Below the pieces are notes generated by a model that was given only the letters and a program-made list of their open reading frames with translations, was not told where the DNA came from and ran no database searches. A stretch of DNA of 64,000 bases, from NCBI GenBank assembly GCA_963851385.1, contig CAWKPE010000013.1:233753-297752 (forward strand), read 5' to 3'. The position numbers and the translations under genes were made by a program. Positions within the stretch are counted from its first letter, which is position 1. Each line of letters begins with the position of its first letter. Shown in pieces: positions 29,474 to 40,084 of the stretch. This DNA comes from an uncultured Bacteroidota bacterium (GTDB lineage: Bacteria > Bacteroidota > Bacteroidia > Bacteroidales > DTGW01).

Positions 29474-31441
29474 TTAAATGGAATTGAGCAACTTTTCGTT
29501 AATAACAACTTTATACTTTTTGTGAAGTTCTGCTAAATATAATTTTTCAAGATATGCTTGATAATCAGCTATACAAATTCCTTTTACTTCTTGCATACTT
29601 TTTTGTTCAGGAGCTACCAAAGCTTTTTTTACAAAAAAACCAAATTTGCCGTCCTTTAAAATTATTTTGGAAATACCAACATTCCATCCAATACTATCAA
29701 GGATTATGTTATCGCCTTTTTCAAAAAGAGAATCCATTACATTGATACATGATTTTGCAGAATCACCTTTACATACTTTAGCAAGAATATCTTTAGCTTT
29801 AATTTTTCCCAATTTATAATCCTCAGCAAGTTTATAAGCCTCATCTGTCAATGACTTATTAGTTGAAGTAACTACAAGCGCTCTCACTCTTTCGCCCCAT
29901 TTATATTGTTCTTTATGCTCCTGATAGTATTTTTCCAAACCTATACTGTCTTTTGCAGCCTGGGTCCATATTTTATCTTCCATAAGATTAAATAGTAAAA
30001 TACCATCATGATATTCCTGAACAAGATATCTGAAATCAGGATATTTTTCTTCGAGGCGAGATTTTTCAAATTCAAGAATTTTATTGTTTACATATTCTTT
30101 ATACACTTCATCTATAAGCATTTTGTAAGGTATTGCTTTTCGAGCATGTTGTACTAAAACAATATAATCGGCAAAATCTTTAACCGAATATGACTTATTT
30201 GCTAATTTAAAAAGAGTACTTGTCTTAAGATCATTAGCTTTAGAATCATTCCACTTGCCCTTAAAAATACTGCTATCCAGCATTGGCAATAATAAATTTA
30301 TTTTTTCCTGGTCATCTTTAAAACCAATTTCATTCTTTACTTTAGATATTAAAGCATATTGCCCCATCTTTGATCTTTCATCACGTAAAAACTTTTGTTT
30401 AATCTGATCTTTTAAATTGTCATAACTTGAAATTTCACGATGAGAGATTCTCTTAATTATATGATATCCAAAAGTTGTCCTAATAGGTTCAGATATTTCC
30501 CCATCTTTACCAAGTGCAAAAGCTGCATTTTCGAATTCAGGTATCATCTGCCCATTACCAAACCAGTCAAGTTCTCCTCCAATACCTGCTGAACGACGAT
30601 CATCTGAATATTTCTTAGCCAAGTCTGCAAAATTTTCACCTGCCTGAATACGCTTATAAATTTCATTTATTTTATTTCTTGCTGAATCAATTGCAGCCGT
30701 TGAAGAATTTTCCGGGAATGCTACCATAATATGTGCAACTTTTAATTCGCCACGAGAAGGTCTGCTGTCCAATAACTGGAGTATATGATAACCATTACGA
30801 CTGCGAACAGGCAATGATATTTCATTTAACTTCAGGCCATATACAGCATGTTCTATAGGATACCAGACCTGAAATGCAGAAATATATCCCATATTTCCTT
30901 TCTTGTTTTTTGAAAATTGGTCATCTGAATATTTTGGCACAAGCGAATCCCATGTTTCTCCTTTAATTAGCTTTTCTCTTATATCATATGCTTTCTTATA
31001 TGCAATAAGTGTATCTGCAGGTGAAGCATTCTGACTGACTCTAATAAATATCTGGCGGAATTCAACGTCTTCTTTCATTCTGTTATATGCTTCATGCATT
31101 AACCTGTTCTCAGTAATAGTATCTGTAAGGTAGGGTTTTGACAATTGGTCACGATAACTATTAAATTCTTTTAAGAAAGATTTAACTGTATCCATTCCCA
31201 GATGTTCTGCTTCTATTACTTTTAGCTTATAATTGACAAACATATCCATGTATTCACTAATGCTCTTGTGATCATTTGCAATTTGTGAATTGTTTTTATG
31301 ATAAATTCTTAAGAATTCAGATTTTGTTACGTTTTGATTGTCTACAGTAAGAATAATTGGATCATTACTTTTTGATCGAGAAAATAAATTAAACGGAATG
31401 AGCAATACTAGAAAAATGCTCTTAAATACTATTTTTTTCAT
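29474..31441 (-). CDS. PpiC/parvulin-type peptidyl-prolyl isomerase (two parvulin domains, PpiD/SurA-like)
   Basis: 655 aa with signal peptide. ..NGYHILQL.. and ..[28 protein letters not shown]... Confidence 0.7.
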   Translation of the reverse strand: MKKIVFKSIFLVLLIPFNLFSRSKSNDPIILTVDNQNVTKSEFLRIYHKNNSQIANDHKSISEYMDMFVNYKLKVIEAEHLGMDTVKSFLKEFNSYRDQLSKPYLTDTITENRLMHEAYNRMKEDVEFRQIFIRVSQNASPADTLIAYKKAYDIREKLIKGETWDSLVPKYSDDQFSKNKKGNMGYISAFQVWYPIEHAVYGLKLNEISLPVRSRNGYHILQLLDSRPSRGELKVAHIMVAFPENSSTAAIDSARNKINEIYKRIQAGENFADLAKKYSDDRRSAGIGGELDWFGNGQMIPEFENAAFALGKDGEISEPIRTTFGYHIIKRISHREISSYDNLKDQIKQKFLRDERSKMGQYALISKVKNEIGFKDDQEKINLLLPMLDSSIFKGKWNDSKANDLKTSTLFKLANKSYSVKDFADYIVLVQHARKAIPYKMLIDEVYKEYVNNKILEFEKSRLEEKYPDFRYLVQEYHDGILLFNLMEDKIWTQAAKDSIGLEKYYQEHKEQYKWGERVRALVVTSTNKSLTDEAYKLAEDYKLGKIKAKDILAKVCKGDSAKSCINVMDSLFEKGDNIILDSIGWNVGISKIILKDGKFGFFVKKALVAPEQKSMQEVKGICIADYQAYLEKLYLAELHKKYKVVINEKLLNSI

Positions 31442-31558
31442 TTGTTTTAAAAATTATATTGATTAATAATTAATTTGTTTTTTGTTCATAATTCTGATTT
31501 AGAGATTTATTATTCAATAAATACTCTTTTGTATATTCACTTTGTCCCGTCACATTCA

Positions 31559-33028
31559 TTATCTACTGTAATTTGGTGCTTCCCTGGTAATTGTTACATC
31601 ATGCGGATGGCTTTCTATTAATCCTGAATGAGTAATTCTTACAAACTTAGCATTATGCAAAGCCGGAATATTAATTGTTCCGCAATAACCCATGCCGGCA
31701 CGTAACCCTCCAATAAGCTGATATATTACTTCAGAAAGTAATCCTTTATAAGGAACTCTTGCTTCAATACCTTCAGGTACAAGCTTTTTAATATCGTCTT
31801 CCACATCCTGAAAATATCTGTCTTTAGACCCTTGTTGCATGGCTTCAATAGAACCCATACCACGATATGATTTGTATTTTCTTCCATTATAAATAATAGT
31901 ATCGCCTGGCGATTCTTCAACTCCGGCTAAGAGTGATCCTGTCATAATACTTGAAGCACCAGCCGCAAGTGCTTTTACAATATCACCTGAATAACGAATG
32001 CCTCCATCAGCAATAACCGGCACACCAGAACCCTTTAAAACCTTAGCCACATCATAAATAGCGGATAATTGAGGTACGCCGACACCGGCAATAATTCGGG
32101 TAGTGCATATAGATCCTGGCCCAATGCCAACTTTAATTGCATCGGCACCTGCCTTTAATAGTTCTTTTGCAGCTTCAGCAGTTGCAATATTACCGCATAT
32201 TAAATCCAAATTTGGAAAACGTTTGCGGGCTTCTTTTAATGTATTAATGACATCCTTTTGATGACCATGTGCAGTATCTATAATAATGGCATCAACATCT
32301 GCTTGAATGAGGGCTTCCATTCTATCAAAAGTATTGCTTGTAACAGTTACTGCTGCTGCAACTCTTAATCTTCCTTTATTGTCTTTGCAAGAGTTTGGCC
32401 TGTCTTTTGTTTTAGTGATATCTTTATAAGTTATTAATCCTATAAGTTTGCCGTTTTCGTCAATAATAGGTAATTTTTCGATTTTATGTTTTTGCAAAAT
32501 ATCCGCAGCATGCTCAAGATCGGTTTTCTGGGAAATACTTATTATATTTTCACGTGTCATGACTTCACTAATGGGCCGCTTCATATTTTGTTCAAACCTT
32601 AAATCGCGGTTGGTAACAATTCCTATCAATTTTTTATCTTCATCAACAACAGGAATACCACCAATTTTATTTTCAGCCATTAATCCCAGAGCATCAGCAA
32701 CTGTTGCATTTTTATGAATTGTCACAGGATCAAAAATCATTACATTTTCTGCTCTTTTTACTTTCTTAACTTCTCTTGCCTGCTCTTCAATACTTAAATT
32801 TTTATGTATTACACCTAACCCTCCTTCCCGTGCTATTGCAATGGCAAGTGCAGCTTCAGTAACAGTATCCATTGCAGCAGATACAATTGGAGTCTTTAAT
32901 TTAATATTACGTGAAAATAAAGTTGAAATGTCAACTTCTCTTGGTAATACTTCGGAATATGCCGGTAACAGTAAAACATCATCAAAGGTTAAACCTTCAC
33001 CAATTATTCTATCTTGATTAAATGACAT
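31559..33028 (-). CDS. guaB: IMP dehydrogenase
   Basis: 489 aa. Tandem CBS domains, catalytic loop [11 protein letters not shown], ..GGIRYSGD... Confidence 0.92.
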   Translation of the reverse strand: MSFNQDRIIGEGLTFDDVLLLPAYSEVLPREVDISTLFSRNIKLKTPIVSAAMDTVTEAALAIAIAREGGLGVIHKNLSIEEQAREVKKVKRAENVMIFDPVTIHKNATVADALGLMAENKIGGIPVVDEDKKLIGIVTNRDLRFEQNMKRPISEVMTRENIISISQKTDLEHAADILQKHKIEKLPIIDENGKLIGLITYKDITKTKDRPNSCKDNKGRLRVAAAVTVTSNTFDRMEALIQADVDAIIIDTAHGHQKDVINTLKEARKRFPNLDLICGNIATAEAAKELLKAGADAIKVGIGPGSICTTRIIAGVGVPQLSAIYDVAKVLKGSGVPVIADGGIRYSGDIVKALAAGASSIMTGSLLAGVEESPGDTIIYNGRKYKSYRGMGSIEAMQQGSKDRYFQDVEDDIKKLVPEGIEARVPYKGLLSEVIYQLIGGLRAGMGYCGTINIPALHNAKFVRITHSGLIESHPHDVTITREAPNYSR

Positions 33029-33057
33029 TTTCCAGAAATTATTAGTTTAAAATTGCG

Positions 33058-33088
33058 CCAAATTACAAAAAAATTAGCATATACAACG
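33058..33088 (-). promoter_or_regulatory. Possible Bacteroidota-type promoter for guaB (TTG-N18-TAATTTGG)
   Basis: Minus strand reads ..gcgTTGtatatgctaatttttttgTAatTTGGcgc.., 37 nt before the ATG. Approximates the -33 TTTG / -7 TAnnTTTG consensus. Confidence 0.3.
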
Positions 33089-33308
33089 CATAAAAATATA
33101 TTTGGCTAAAATAACTCCATTTATCTGATTATATTTTAATATAAAATATAAACTACTTAAACTCAAAAAAAGTATAGATTTAATATTAAAATATTATTTA
33201 CCATTTTCTTTAATAAATTTGAACAAATTGTATATTAGGATTTTTAAATATAAATCCATTATTTTCTTTAAAAATCTATATTTTTATCTGAATATTGCAA
33301 ACATTTAA

Positions 33309-34147
33309 TTTGCACTAATAATTGTAGCTTGTGATAAGATAGCTTTTATAATTGTTTTTTTGCTTTGCATCAACTTAAATAATTCTCAATGCCAATGTTC
33401 TATAAAAAATTCAGCATTTTCAAATGATGAAAAAATTGAATATGAAGTTGTTTATAATTGGGGAATAATATGGATTGCTGCCGGTAAAGTTACATTTTCA
33501 GTAAAAAGTAATGAATATCAATGGGCAAGACTGTTTATCAAATCGATGCTTTTGGAACTACTTACAGAGGATATGATTGGTTCTTTAAAGTAAGAGATTA
33601 TTTTCATGCATACGTTGATACTGCTTCCTTTGAACCACTTTGGGCCGAGCGCAATTCCAGTGATGGTGGTTATAAGACCTACGAAAACTATGTTTTCAAT
33701 GAGCCATCTAAAACGATTTATTCAGTAGTAAAAACAAACAATAACCCTATTCATTTGGATACTCTTGCCATGAAGGGTTGTATTTACGATATTTTGACGG
33801 CAGCTTTTCATGCACGTAACATTGACTATTCTAATATTAAAACAAAATGAAAAATTTCCATTATGGGTTCTAATTAGATGGAAAGGTATATCCTACTTTA
33901 TATCCGCTATTTAGGAAAGGAAATAATTACAGGGTTAAAGGATCAAAAATATAATTGCATCAAATTGTCTTCAGCTATGATTGAAGGTACAATTTTTAAA
34001 AGTGGTGAAGATTTAATTATTTGGATTACCGATGATAAAAATCATTTGCCAATACTTTTGCAGGCTAAAATTTTAGTTGGTTCTGTAAAAGCTTTATTAT
34101 TAAATGCTGAAAACTTAAGAAATCCTTTTACATCAAAGGTTAAATAA
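33309..34147 (+). pseudogene. DUF3108-like protein, start lost and multiple frame/stop lesions
   Basis: Signal-peptide-like ..KIAFIIVFLLCINLN.. is open from 33309 with no ATG or GTG; the only TTG (33360, used by the ORF track) lies inside the hydrophobic core. Frame change near 33515. In-frame TGA (33848) and TAG (33875). C-terminal ..YIRYLGKEII..IWITDDKNHLPILLQAKILVGSVKALL matches the DUF3108 pattern. Confidence 0.6.
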
Positions 34148-34279
34148 ATTTCATTTCTGATTTTCTTGCCTTTCATGTATTAATTTTCTGAAAGTTATGA
34201 TTGCAATAATAATTTCAACTAATGAAAAAATAATAAAATAGAATTTGGCTTTTTATATTTTTACTTAAAATTTCAAGAT

Positions 34280-35156
34280 ATGATTAAATCAATGACGGGT
34301 TACGGAAAAGCTTCCTGTAATTTTGAAGAAAAAAATATTATTGTAGAACTTCGTTCGGTAAATAGTAAACAACTGGATATTAATAGTCGTATTCCATTCA
34401 ATTATAAAGAGAAAGAATTGGAAATACGGGGTGAAATATCTCGTATTGTAGAAAGAGGTAAAGTTGATTTCTATATAACAATTGAACAAAATGAGCCTGG
34501 AAAACCTGTAAAAATAAATAATGCTGTTCTACTGGAATATTTCAATCAAATAAAATCTGCGGCAACTGAAATAGGAATTTCTGTTACTGAACTATCATTA
34601 ATTGCAGCTTTACGGCTGCCGGAAACTCTTAAGACAGAAATTTCTGAATTATCGGAAAATGAATGGATTATTTTATTGAAATGTATTAAGGATGCACTTG
34701 TACTGTTTAATCAATTTCGAATACAGGAAGGGCTGGCGCTTGAAAAAGATTTGTTATCCAGGCTGGATTTAATATTACTTTATCTTTCAGAAATGGAACA
34801 ATTCGAATCTGCTAGAATTGATAGAATTAAAAATAGACTCCAAAAGAATTTAAATGAGTTTATACCTGCCGGAAATATTGACGCCAATCGTTTTGAACAG
34901 GAAGATTATTTACTTCCTCGAAAAACTTGATTTTACCGAAGAAAAAATACGATTGAAAAATCATTGTAACTATTTCCTGAAAACCATGAAACAGGAAGAA
35001 TCTCAAGGGCGTAAATTGAGTTTTATTGCCCAGGAAATGGGACGTGAAATAAATACTATTGGTTCCAAAGCAAATGATTATGAAATTCAAAAAAATGTAG
35101 TAATGATGAAGGATGAATTGGAGAAAATCAAGGAGCAGTTATCGAATATATTATAA
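34280..35156 (+). pseudogene. yicC: YicC-family stress-induced protein, 1 frameshift
   Basis: MIKSMTGYG.. N-terminus. The frame switches at ~34901-34906 (removing g34904 restores ..FEQEIIYFLEKLDFTEEKIRLKNH..). C-terminal ..GRKLSFIAQEMGREINTIGSKAN... Confidence 0.75.
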
Positions 35157-35168
35157 AAATAGAAGAAC

Positions 35169-35233
35169 GGAATAACTGAAAATCTGAATAAAGGAAGTTA
35201 TAATCTTCAGGACTTCAGATTTTCAGTTATTCC
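35169..35233. repeat. Perfect 20-bp inverted repeat (ggaataactgaaaatctgaa ... ttcagattttcagttattcc), 25-nt loop
   Basis: Arms at 35169-35188 and 35214-35233. The loop holds a small gaag..cttc hairpin. Lies between yicC and gmk. Confidence 0.8.
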
Positions 35234-35273
35234 AAACTTCAAATATTTTACTTTGAACTTTGAACTTATAGAA

Positions 35274-35846
35274 ATGCAAGGAAAGAGCATTATATTTTCA
35301 GCACCCAGCGGAGCCGGAAAAACAACAATAGTCAAAAAATTGCTTGACAAACCGGAACTGAAACTTGAGTTTTCAGTTTCAGCAACTACCCGTAATCCTC
35401 GCGGAAATGAAATTGATGGAAAGGATTATTATTTCATTTCAATTGAAGATTTTAAGAAAAAAATTTCACAAGACGCCTTGGTCGAGTGGGAAGAAGTTTA
35501 TAAGAATTATTTTTATGGAACACTCAAATCAGAATTATCCAGGATTTGGAATAAAGGAAATAATGTTGTTTTTGACGTAGATGTAAAAGGCGGAATAAAT
35601 CTAAAGAAAATATTCAAAAATAATGCCCTGTCAATTTTTATAATGCCTCCTTCTTTAGAAATTCTCGAAAATCGTCTTCGGGAAAGAGGTACCGAAACAG
35701 AAGAAAAAATTCAACAACGCCTAGCAAAAGCAAAACTCGAAATTTATTTTAAATCACAATTTGATATCTGCATTATTAATGATGTCTTGAATAACAGTAT
35801 TGAACAGACTTATGACATAGTGCTTGGATTCTTAAATTCATTATGA
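35274..35846 (+). CDS. gmk: Guanylate kinase
   Basis: ..IIFSAPSGAGKTT.. P-loop, ..ATTRNPRGNEIDGKDYYF... ATG at 35274 preferred over the upstream TTG. Confidence 0.88.
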   Translation: MQGKSIIFSAPSGAGKTTIVKKLLDKPELKLEFSVSATTRNPRGNEIDGKDYYFISIEDFKKKISQDALVEWEEVYKNYFYGTLKSELSRIWNKGNNVVFDVDVKGGINLKKIFKNNALSIFIMPPSLEILENRLRERGTETEEKIQQRLAKAKLEIYFKSQFDICIINDVLNNSIEQTYDIVLGFLNSL

Positions 35847-35997
35847 ATCAATGTGCCAATTCGACAATTCGATAATTTGATAATTTGATAATGTGAAAAT
35901 GTGAAAATATGAGGATGTGAATTGTGAAGTTGTGAATAGAGAAGATAAGAATATGTCAATGTGCCAATGAATTAATGTGCAGATTTGCAAATTTGAG
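35847..35997. repeat. ~19-unit 7-8-bp-period drifting array (tgtgccaa/ttcgacaa/ttcgataa/tttgataa x2/tgtgaaaa x2/...tgtgccaa/...tttgcaaa)
   Basis: Read directly. Begins at the first base after the gmk stop. Opposite orientation to the 36221-36290 array. Confidence 0.8.
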
Positions 35998-36064
35998 TAT
36001 ATTTATGTGTTAACGGACACATTAAGACAGTGCAAAAATTAATTATCAGTGCAATAAACGAACA

Positions 36065-36148
36065 ATGACAAAACACATTTCATTTTTATTTGGCTCTGGA
36101 TTTTCAGCACCTGAAAAAATTCCAACAGTTAGCATTGGAGTTTCATAA
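36065..36148 (+). pseudogene. 27-codon ORF resembling the N-terminus of SIR2-like (SIR2_2) proteins; possible gene relic
   Basis: MTKHISFLFGSGFSAPEKIPTVSIGVS*. FLFGSGFS resembles the F-l-G-A-G-x-S start of SIR2-like domains. Short, so weak. Confidence 0.2.
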
Positions 36149-36220
36149 AACGAATACATAGAATTTTCAAAAGAATAATAATAAGAATTGAAAAAAAGCA
36201 CTAGCTGCATTAAATTTTTA

Positions 36221-36290
36221 AATTGGCATATTTGTAAATAGGCACATTATCTAATTGGCACATCTGCACATTGGCACATTGGCAAATTAA
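36221..36290. repeat. ~8.5-unit 8-bp array (aattggca/tatttgta/aataggca/cattatct/aattggca/catctgca/cattggca x2/aattaa)
   Basis: Read directly. Ends 35 nt before the ABC ATPase ATG. Confidence 0.8.
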
Positions 36291-36325
36291 TTTTATCTTC
36301 GTGAAAGTTTCTTATACATTACGAA

Positions 36326-37022
36326 ATGAAGAACATAATTTCATTTAAAGATATTACGAAGGATTATTATTTAGGAAGCATTGTTGTTCCTGCTTTACAA
36401 AATGTTTCTCTTGATATTTCCCAAAATGAATATGTCGCCATCATGGGGCCATCGGGTTCAGGTAAGTCAACCCTGATGAATATTCTCGGATGTTTAGATA
36501 CACTTACAAGTGGATTCATACATTTTAAATGGAACCGATGTCAGCGGATTAAATGATAATCAACTTGCAGATATTCGAAACAAAGAAATAGGTTTTGTAT
36601 TTCAGACATTTAATTTATTGCCACGTTACAATGCTCTCGAAAATGCAATGTTACCTCTTATTTATGCCGGAGTTCCAAAACTTGAACGTAATAAAATGGC
36701 AAAAGAAGTATTGGCGAATGTAGGTTTGGCAGACCGTATGCTACATAAACCAAATGAACTATCTGGCGGACAACGTCAAAGAGTTGCTTTGGCCAGGGCC
36801 TTGATTAACCATCCGTCTATTATTCTTGCCGACGAGCCAACCGGCAACCTTGATTCAAAAACTTCAATTGATATTATGAGCTTGTTTGATGAAGTTCATA
36901 GCAAAGGAAATACTATAATTGTGGTTACTCACGAAGAAGACATTGCACGCCATGCCCAGAGAATTATAAAACTTCGTGATGGCAAAGTGGAATCTGACCG
37001 TTTAAATGACCACAAATTATAG
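36326..37022 (+). pseudogene. LolD/MacB-type ABC transporter ATP-binding protein, 1 frameshift
   Basis: Walker [10 protein letters not shown], signature [15 protein letters not shown], Walker [12 protein letters not shown]. Frame break at ~36509-36513 (..LDTLTSG|[12 protein letters not shown]..). Confidence 0.8.
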
Positions 37023-37025
37023 AAT

Positions 37026-37601
37026 ATGAAAACTGGTTTGTTCTTTGGTTCTTTCAACCCAATACATATCGGACATCTGGCTATTGCCAATTATATTGTT
37101 GAATACACGGACTTAGAACAATTATGGTTCGTTGTGAGCGCTCAAAATCCTTTAAAAAAGAAAAAAGTACTTTTAGCAGAATATCATAGAATTACTTTAG
37201 TTCGGGAAGCAATTAATAATGACAAAAGATTTTATGCTTGCGATATTGAATTTAAACTTCCTCATCCTTCTTATACTATTGATACACTTACCTACCTTAA
37301 AGAAAATTATCCCGAACGGGAATTTGCAATAGTTATGGGAGCTGACGGATTATTAACATTTAACAAGTGGAAAAATTATAATGAGCTCATAAATAATTAT
37401 ACGCGTTATATATATCCGCGACCGGGTGTAGATGTATCAAAAATTAAAAACACTGAAAATTGCATATTTATTGATGCCCCTTTAATAGAAATATCATCGA
37501 CATTTATTCGCAATGGAATAAGAAAAGGAAAAAATATGCATTATTTTTTAAATGAAAGGGTTTTCAAATATATCAGGGATATGCATTTTTATGAGAAGTA
37601 G
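37026..37601 (+). CDS. nadD: Nicotinate-nucleotide adenylyltransferase
   Basis: ..GLFFGSFNPIHIGHL.. (HxGH) and C-terminal ..ISSTFIR... Confidence 0.85.
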   Translation: MKTGLFFGSFNPIHIGHLAIANYIVEYTDLEQLWFVVSAQNPLKKKKVLLAEYHRITLVREAINNDKRFYACDIEFKLPHPSYTIDTLTYLKENYPEREFAIVMGADGLLTFNKWKNYNELINNYTRYIYPRPGVDVSKIKNTENCIFIDAPLIEISSTFIRNGIRKGKNMHYFLNERVFKYIRDMHFYEK

Positions 37602-37613
37602 TGATATAATGAG

Positions 37614-37690
37614 ATTCAAAGTTCAAAGTTCAAAGTTTGAAAATCTAAAATTCCTTCACCATTTATCCTGTTTCCGGTATCCGGTATCAA
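37614..37690. repeat. 7-bp arrays (ttcaaag x3, tttgaaa, atctaaa; ccggtat x2)
   Basis: Read directly between convergent nadD and mqnA. Confidence 0.65.
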
Positions 37691-37692
37691 AT

Positions 37693-38451
37693 TCACTTTG
37701 ATTTATAAATTAACTTAAGAAACAACTGCATTGCTTCTTTCTTTTTCTCATCTAAAACATAACTCATGTTATTTTTCAGGTAATGTTCAATATCATCAAT
37801 TCTGTTCAGACCATTGAATTTAACAGTCATTGCTGCTTCCGAAATATGAGAAACACCATAATGATTAGCTTCTTCAAATTTTTCCACAAAAGTTTTTTCC
37901 AATTTACAATTTGTCACCCAGCAAGCAAAAACAAATGGCAACCCGGTAAAATTTTTCCATACTTCAGCCAAATCATAAGCATATTTATATTTTTTTTCTA
38001 CTACAAATGCTTTGTCACCTATGACAATAGCAGCTGTAGTACCTTTAATATCTGTTTCTTCAAAACCCAGACTTCCCATTTTAAAGTTTATATTGTAATG
38101 CCAAAATTCTCTAACTAAAATTTGAATCAATTGTACCGATGTCCTGGACTGGTAATCAAGAACAATTTCTTTTATTTCTTCAACTGGTACATCACTGGCC
38201 AGAATAACTGTACGCGCAGGACCGTCCGCGCCAATACAATAATTTGAAAAAATACCGGCATTTTTAATTTCTGAAATTGAAGCAATAGGAACTAAACCAA
38301 TATCAACTATTCCAGCAATCAATTTATCTGCACAAATTGCAGGAGGATCAAGCAATAGTTCTATCTCATCTATTATTGCATTGTTCTTTATCCCGTAAAT
38401 AAATGGCAAAGTATTGTAAAATGATATTGCAGATACTCTTTTTTTTCGCAC
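37693..38451 (-). CDS. mqnA: Chorismate dehydratase MqnA-like (futalosine-pathway menaquinone biosynthesis)
   Basis: 252 aa. ..RVSAISFYNTLPFIYG.. N-terminus and periplasmic-binding-like fold pattern typical of MqnA/DUF178. Confidence 0.6.
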   Translation of the reverse strand: MRKKRVSAISFYNTLPFIYGIKNNAIIDEIELLLDPPAICADKLIAGIVDIGLVPIASISEIKNAGIFSNYCIGADGPARTVILASDVPVEEIKEIVLDYQSRTSVQLIQILVREFWHYNINFKMGSLGFEETDIKGTTAAIVIGDKAFVVEKKYKYAYDLAEVWKNFTGLPFVFACWVTNCKLEKTFVEKFEEANHYGVSHISEAAMTVKFNGLNRIDDIEHYLKNNMSYVLDEKKKEAMQLFLKLIYKSK

Positions 38452-38584
38452 GACTTTTTAAAATTATCACTGCGAAAATAGGAAATTCTTATCATTTGAT
38501 TATAGAAAAAAGGAACTTGATATTAAAAAGCAGGATGGCAGTGTAGAATTTTTTTTAACTTTGTTGACATTGAAAAATTAAACA

Positions 38585-39934
38585 ATGGAATTAAACGCTC
38601 TTAATGCAATATCACCGATTGATGGAAGGTATAACAATAAAACCTGGGAATTATCCAAATATTTTTCTGAATTCGGATTGATGCAATACAGAATAATGGT
38701 TGAAATCGAATATTTTATTGCTCTCTGCGAATTACCTCTTCCACAATTAAGCAAATTTGATAAAAGTAATTATTCAACTTTACGTGATATTTATAAAAAC
38801 TTTTCGTATGATGATGCACATGCCATTAAGGAAATAGAAAAAATTACCAATCATGATGTCAAAGCTGTTGAATATTTATTGAAACAAAAATTCGATGACT
38901 TAAACTTATCAGCATTCAAAGAATATTTGCATTTTGGGCTTACTTCACAGGATATTAACAATACAGCTACACCGCTGTCATTAAAAGAAGCATTAAATGA
39001 TGTTTATTATCCATTGATAAATGAATTAGTTTCCAAACTTGATGAATGCATAAAGGATTGGAAAGATATTTCCATGCTTGCTCATACACATGGACAACCT
39101 GCTTCACCAACTAAACTTGGAAAAGAGATAAAAGTTTTTTCAGAAAGAATAAGAAAGCAACTTGAACTTCTTAAATCTGTGCCATGGTCAGCTAAATTTG
39201 GTGGCGCTACAGGTAATTTTAATGCCCATGTTGCAGCGTATCCCGGAATTAATTGGGTGGATTTTGCAAATAAATTTGTTAACAAAACTCTTGGTCTTGA
39301 ACGTTCCCAAACTACTACACAAATTGAGCATTATGATAATCTGTCGGCACTTTTTGATGCATTGAAACGTGTTAATACAATTTTGATTGATCTTTCACGC
39401 GATTTCTGGACCTATATATCTAAAGAATACTTTAAGCAAAAAATTTCTAAAGATGAAGTAGGATCTTCTACAATGCCACATAAGGTCAATCCAATAGATT
39501 TTGAAAACGCTGAAGGAAACCTGGGCGTTGCTAATGCTTTATTTGAGCATCTATCAGCAAAATTGCCAATTTCCAGGTTGCAGCGCGACTTGACCGATTC
39601 TACAGTGCTCCGGAATGTAGGCGTTCCATTGGCACATACAATAATAGCTATTAAATCATTACAAAAAGGATTGGGCAAAGTAATTGTTAATTCTGAAGCT
39701 ATTGACAGGGATTTAGAAAAAAATTGGGCAGTTGTAGGTGAAGCTATTCAATCAATCCTGCGCCGTGAAGGATATCCCAATCCATATGAAGCTCTTAAGG
39801 ATCTTACGCGTACAGGAAATTCAATTACCAAAGAAACCATTTCAAATTTTATTGATAACTTGAATGTTCCAGATAATATCAAAAAAGAGCTCAAAAGCAT
39901 TACCCCGCAAAACTATACTGGTATTAAGATTTAA
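38585..39934 (+). CDS. purB: Adenylosuccinate lyase
   Basis: ..ISPIDGRY.., fumarate-lyase signature ..GSSTMPHKVNP... Confidence 0.9.
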   Translation: MELNALNAISPIDGRYNNKTWELSKYFSEFGLMQYRIMVEIEYFIALCELPLPQLSKFDKSNYSTLRDIYKNFSYDDAHAIKEIEKITNHDVKAVEYLLKQKFDDLNLSAFKEYLHFGLTSQDINNTATPLSLKEALNDVYYPLINELVSKLDECIKDWKDISMLAHTHGQPASPTKLGKEIKVFSERIRKQLELLKSVPWSAKFGGATGNFNAHVAAYPGINWVDFANKFVNKTLGLERSQTTTQIEHYDNLSALFDALKRVNTILIDLSRDFWTYISKEYFKQKISKDEVGSSTMPHKVNPIDFENAEGNLGVANALFEHLSAKLPISRLQRDLTDSTVLRNVGVPLAHTIIAIKSLQKGLGKVIVNSEAIDRDLEKNWAVVGEAIQSILRREGYPNPYEALKDLTRTGNSITKETISNFIDNLNVPDNIKKELKSITPQNYTGIKI

Positions 39935-40084
39935 GAAAAATTCTTAACAGTTTTCTTACATGTCAATAACAAATTATTTAACCTCCAAAATATCTTTAAT
40001 GAAAAGAAAGAACCGGACGTTTGGTACATCCGGTAATTGCCTCTTTATAAGTATATTTGACTATTTCCTAAATAATATATTATA

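Noticed and set aside
35847-36290. Possible CRISPR array, because of the regular short repeats
   Set aside because: The period is only 7-8 bp with no unique spacers of 25-40 bp. The units drift continuously. No cas genes or leader are present.
34854-36556. Programmed ribosomal frameshifting or read-through as the explanation for the split genes (yicC, ABC ATPase, SusC/D, nrnA)
   Set aside because: No slippery heptamer or downstream stimulatory structure is seen at the junctions. Several genes need two or three shifts in different directions. These families are not known to use recoding.
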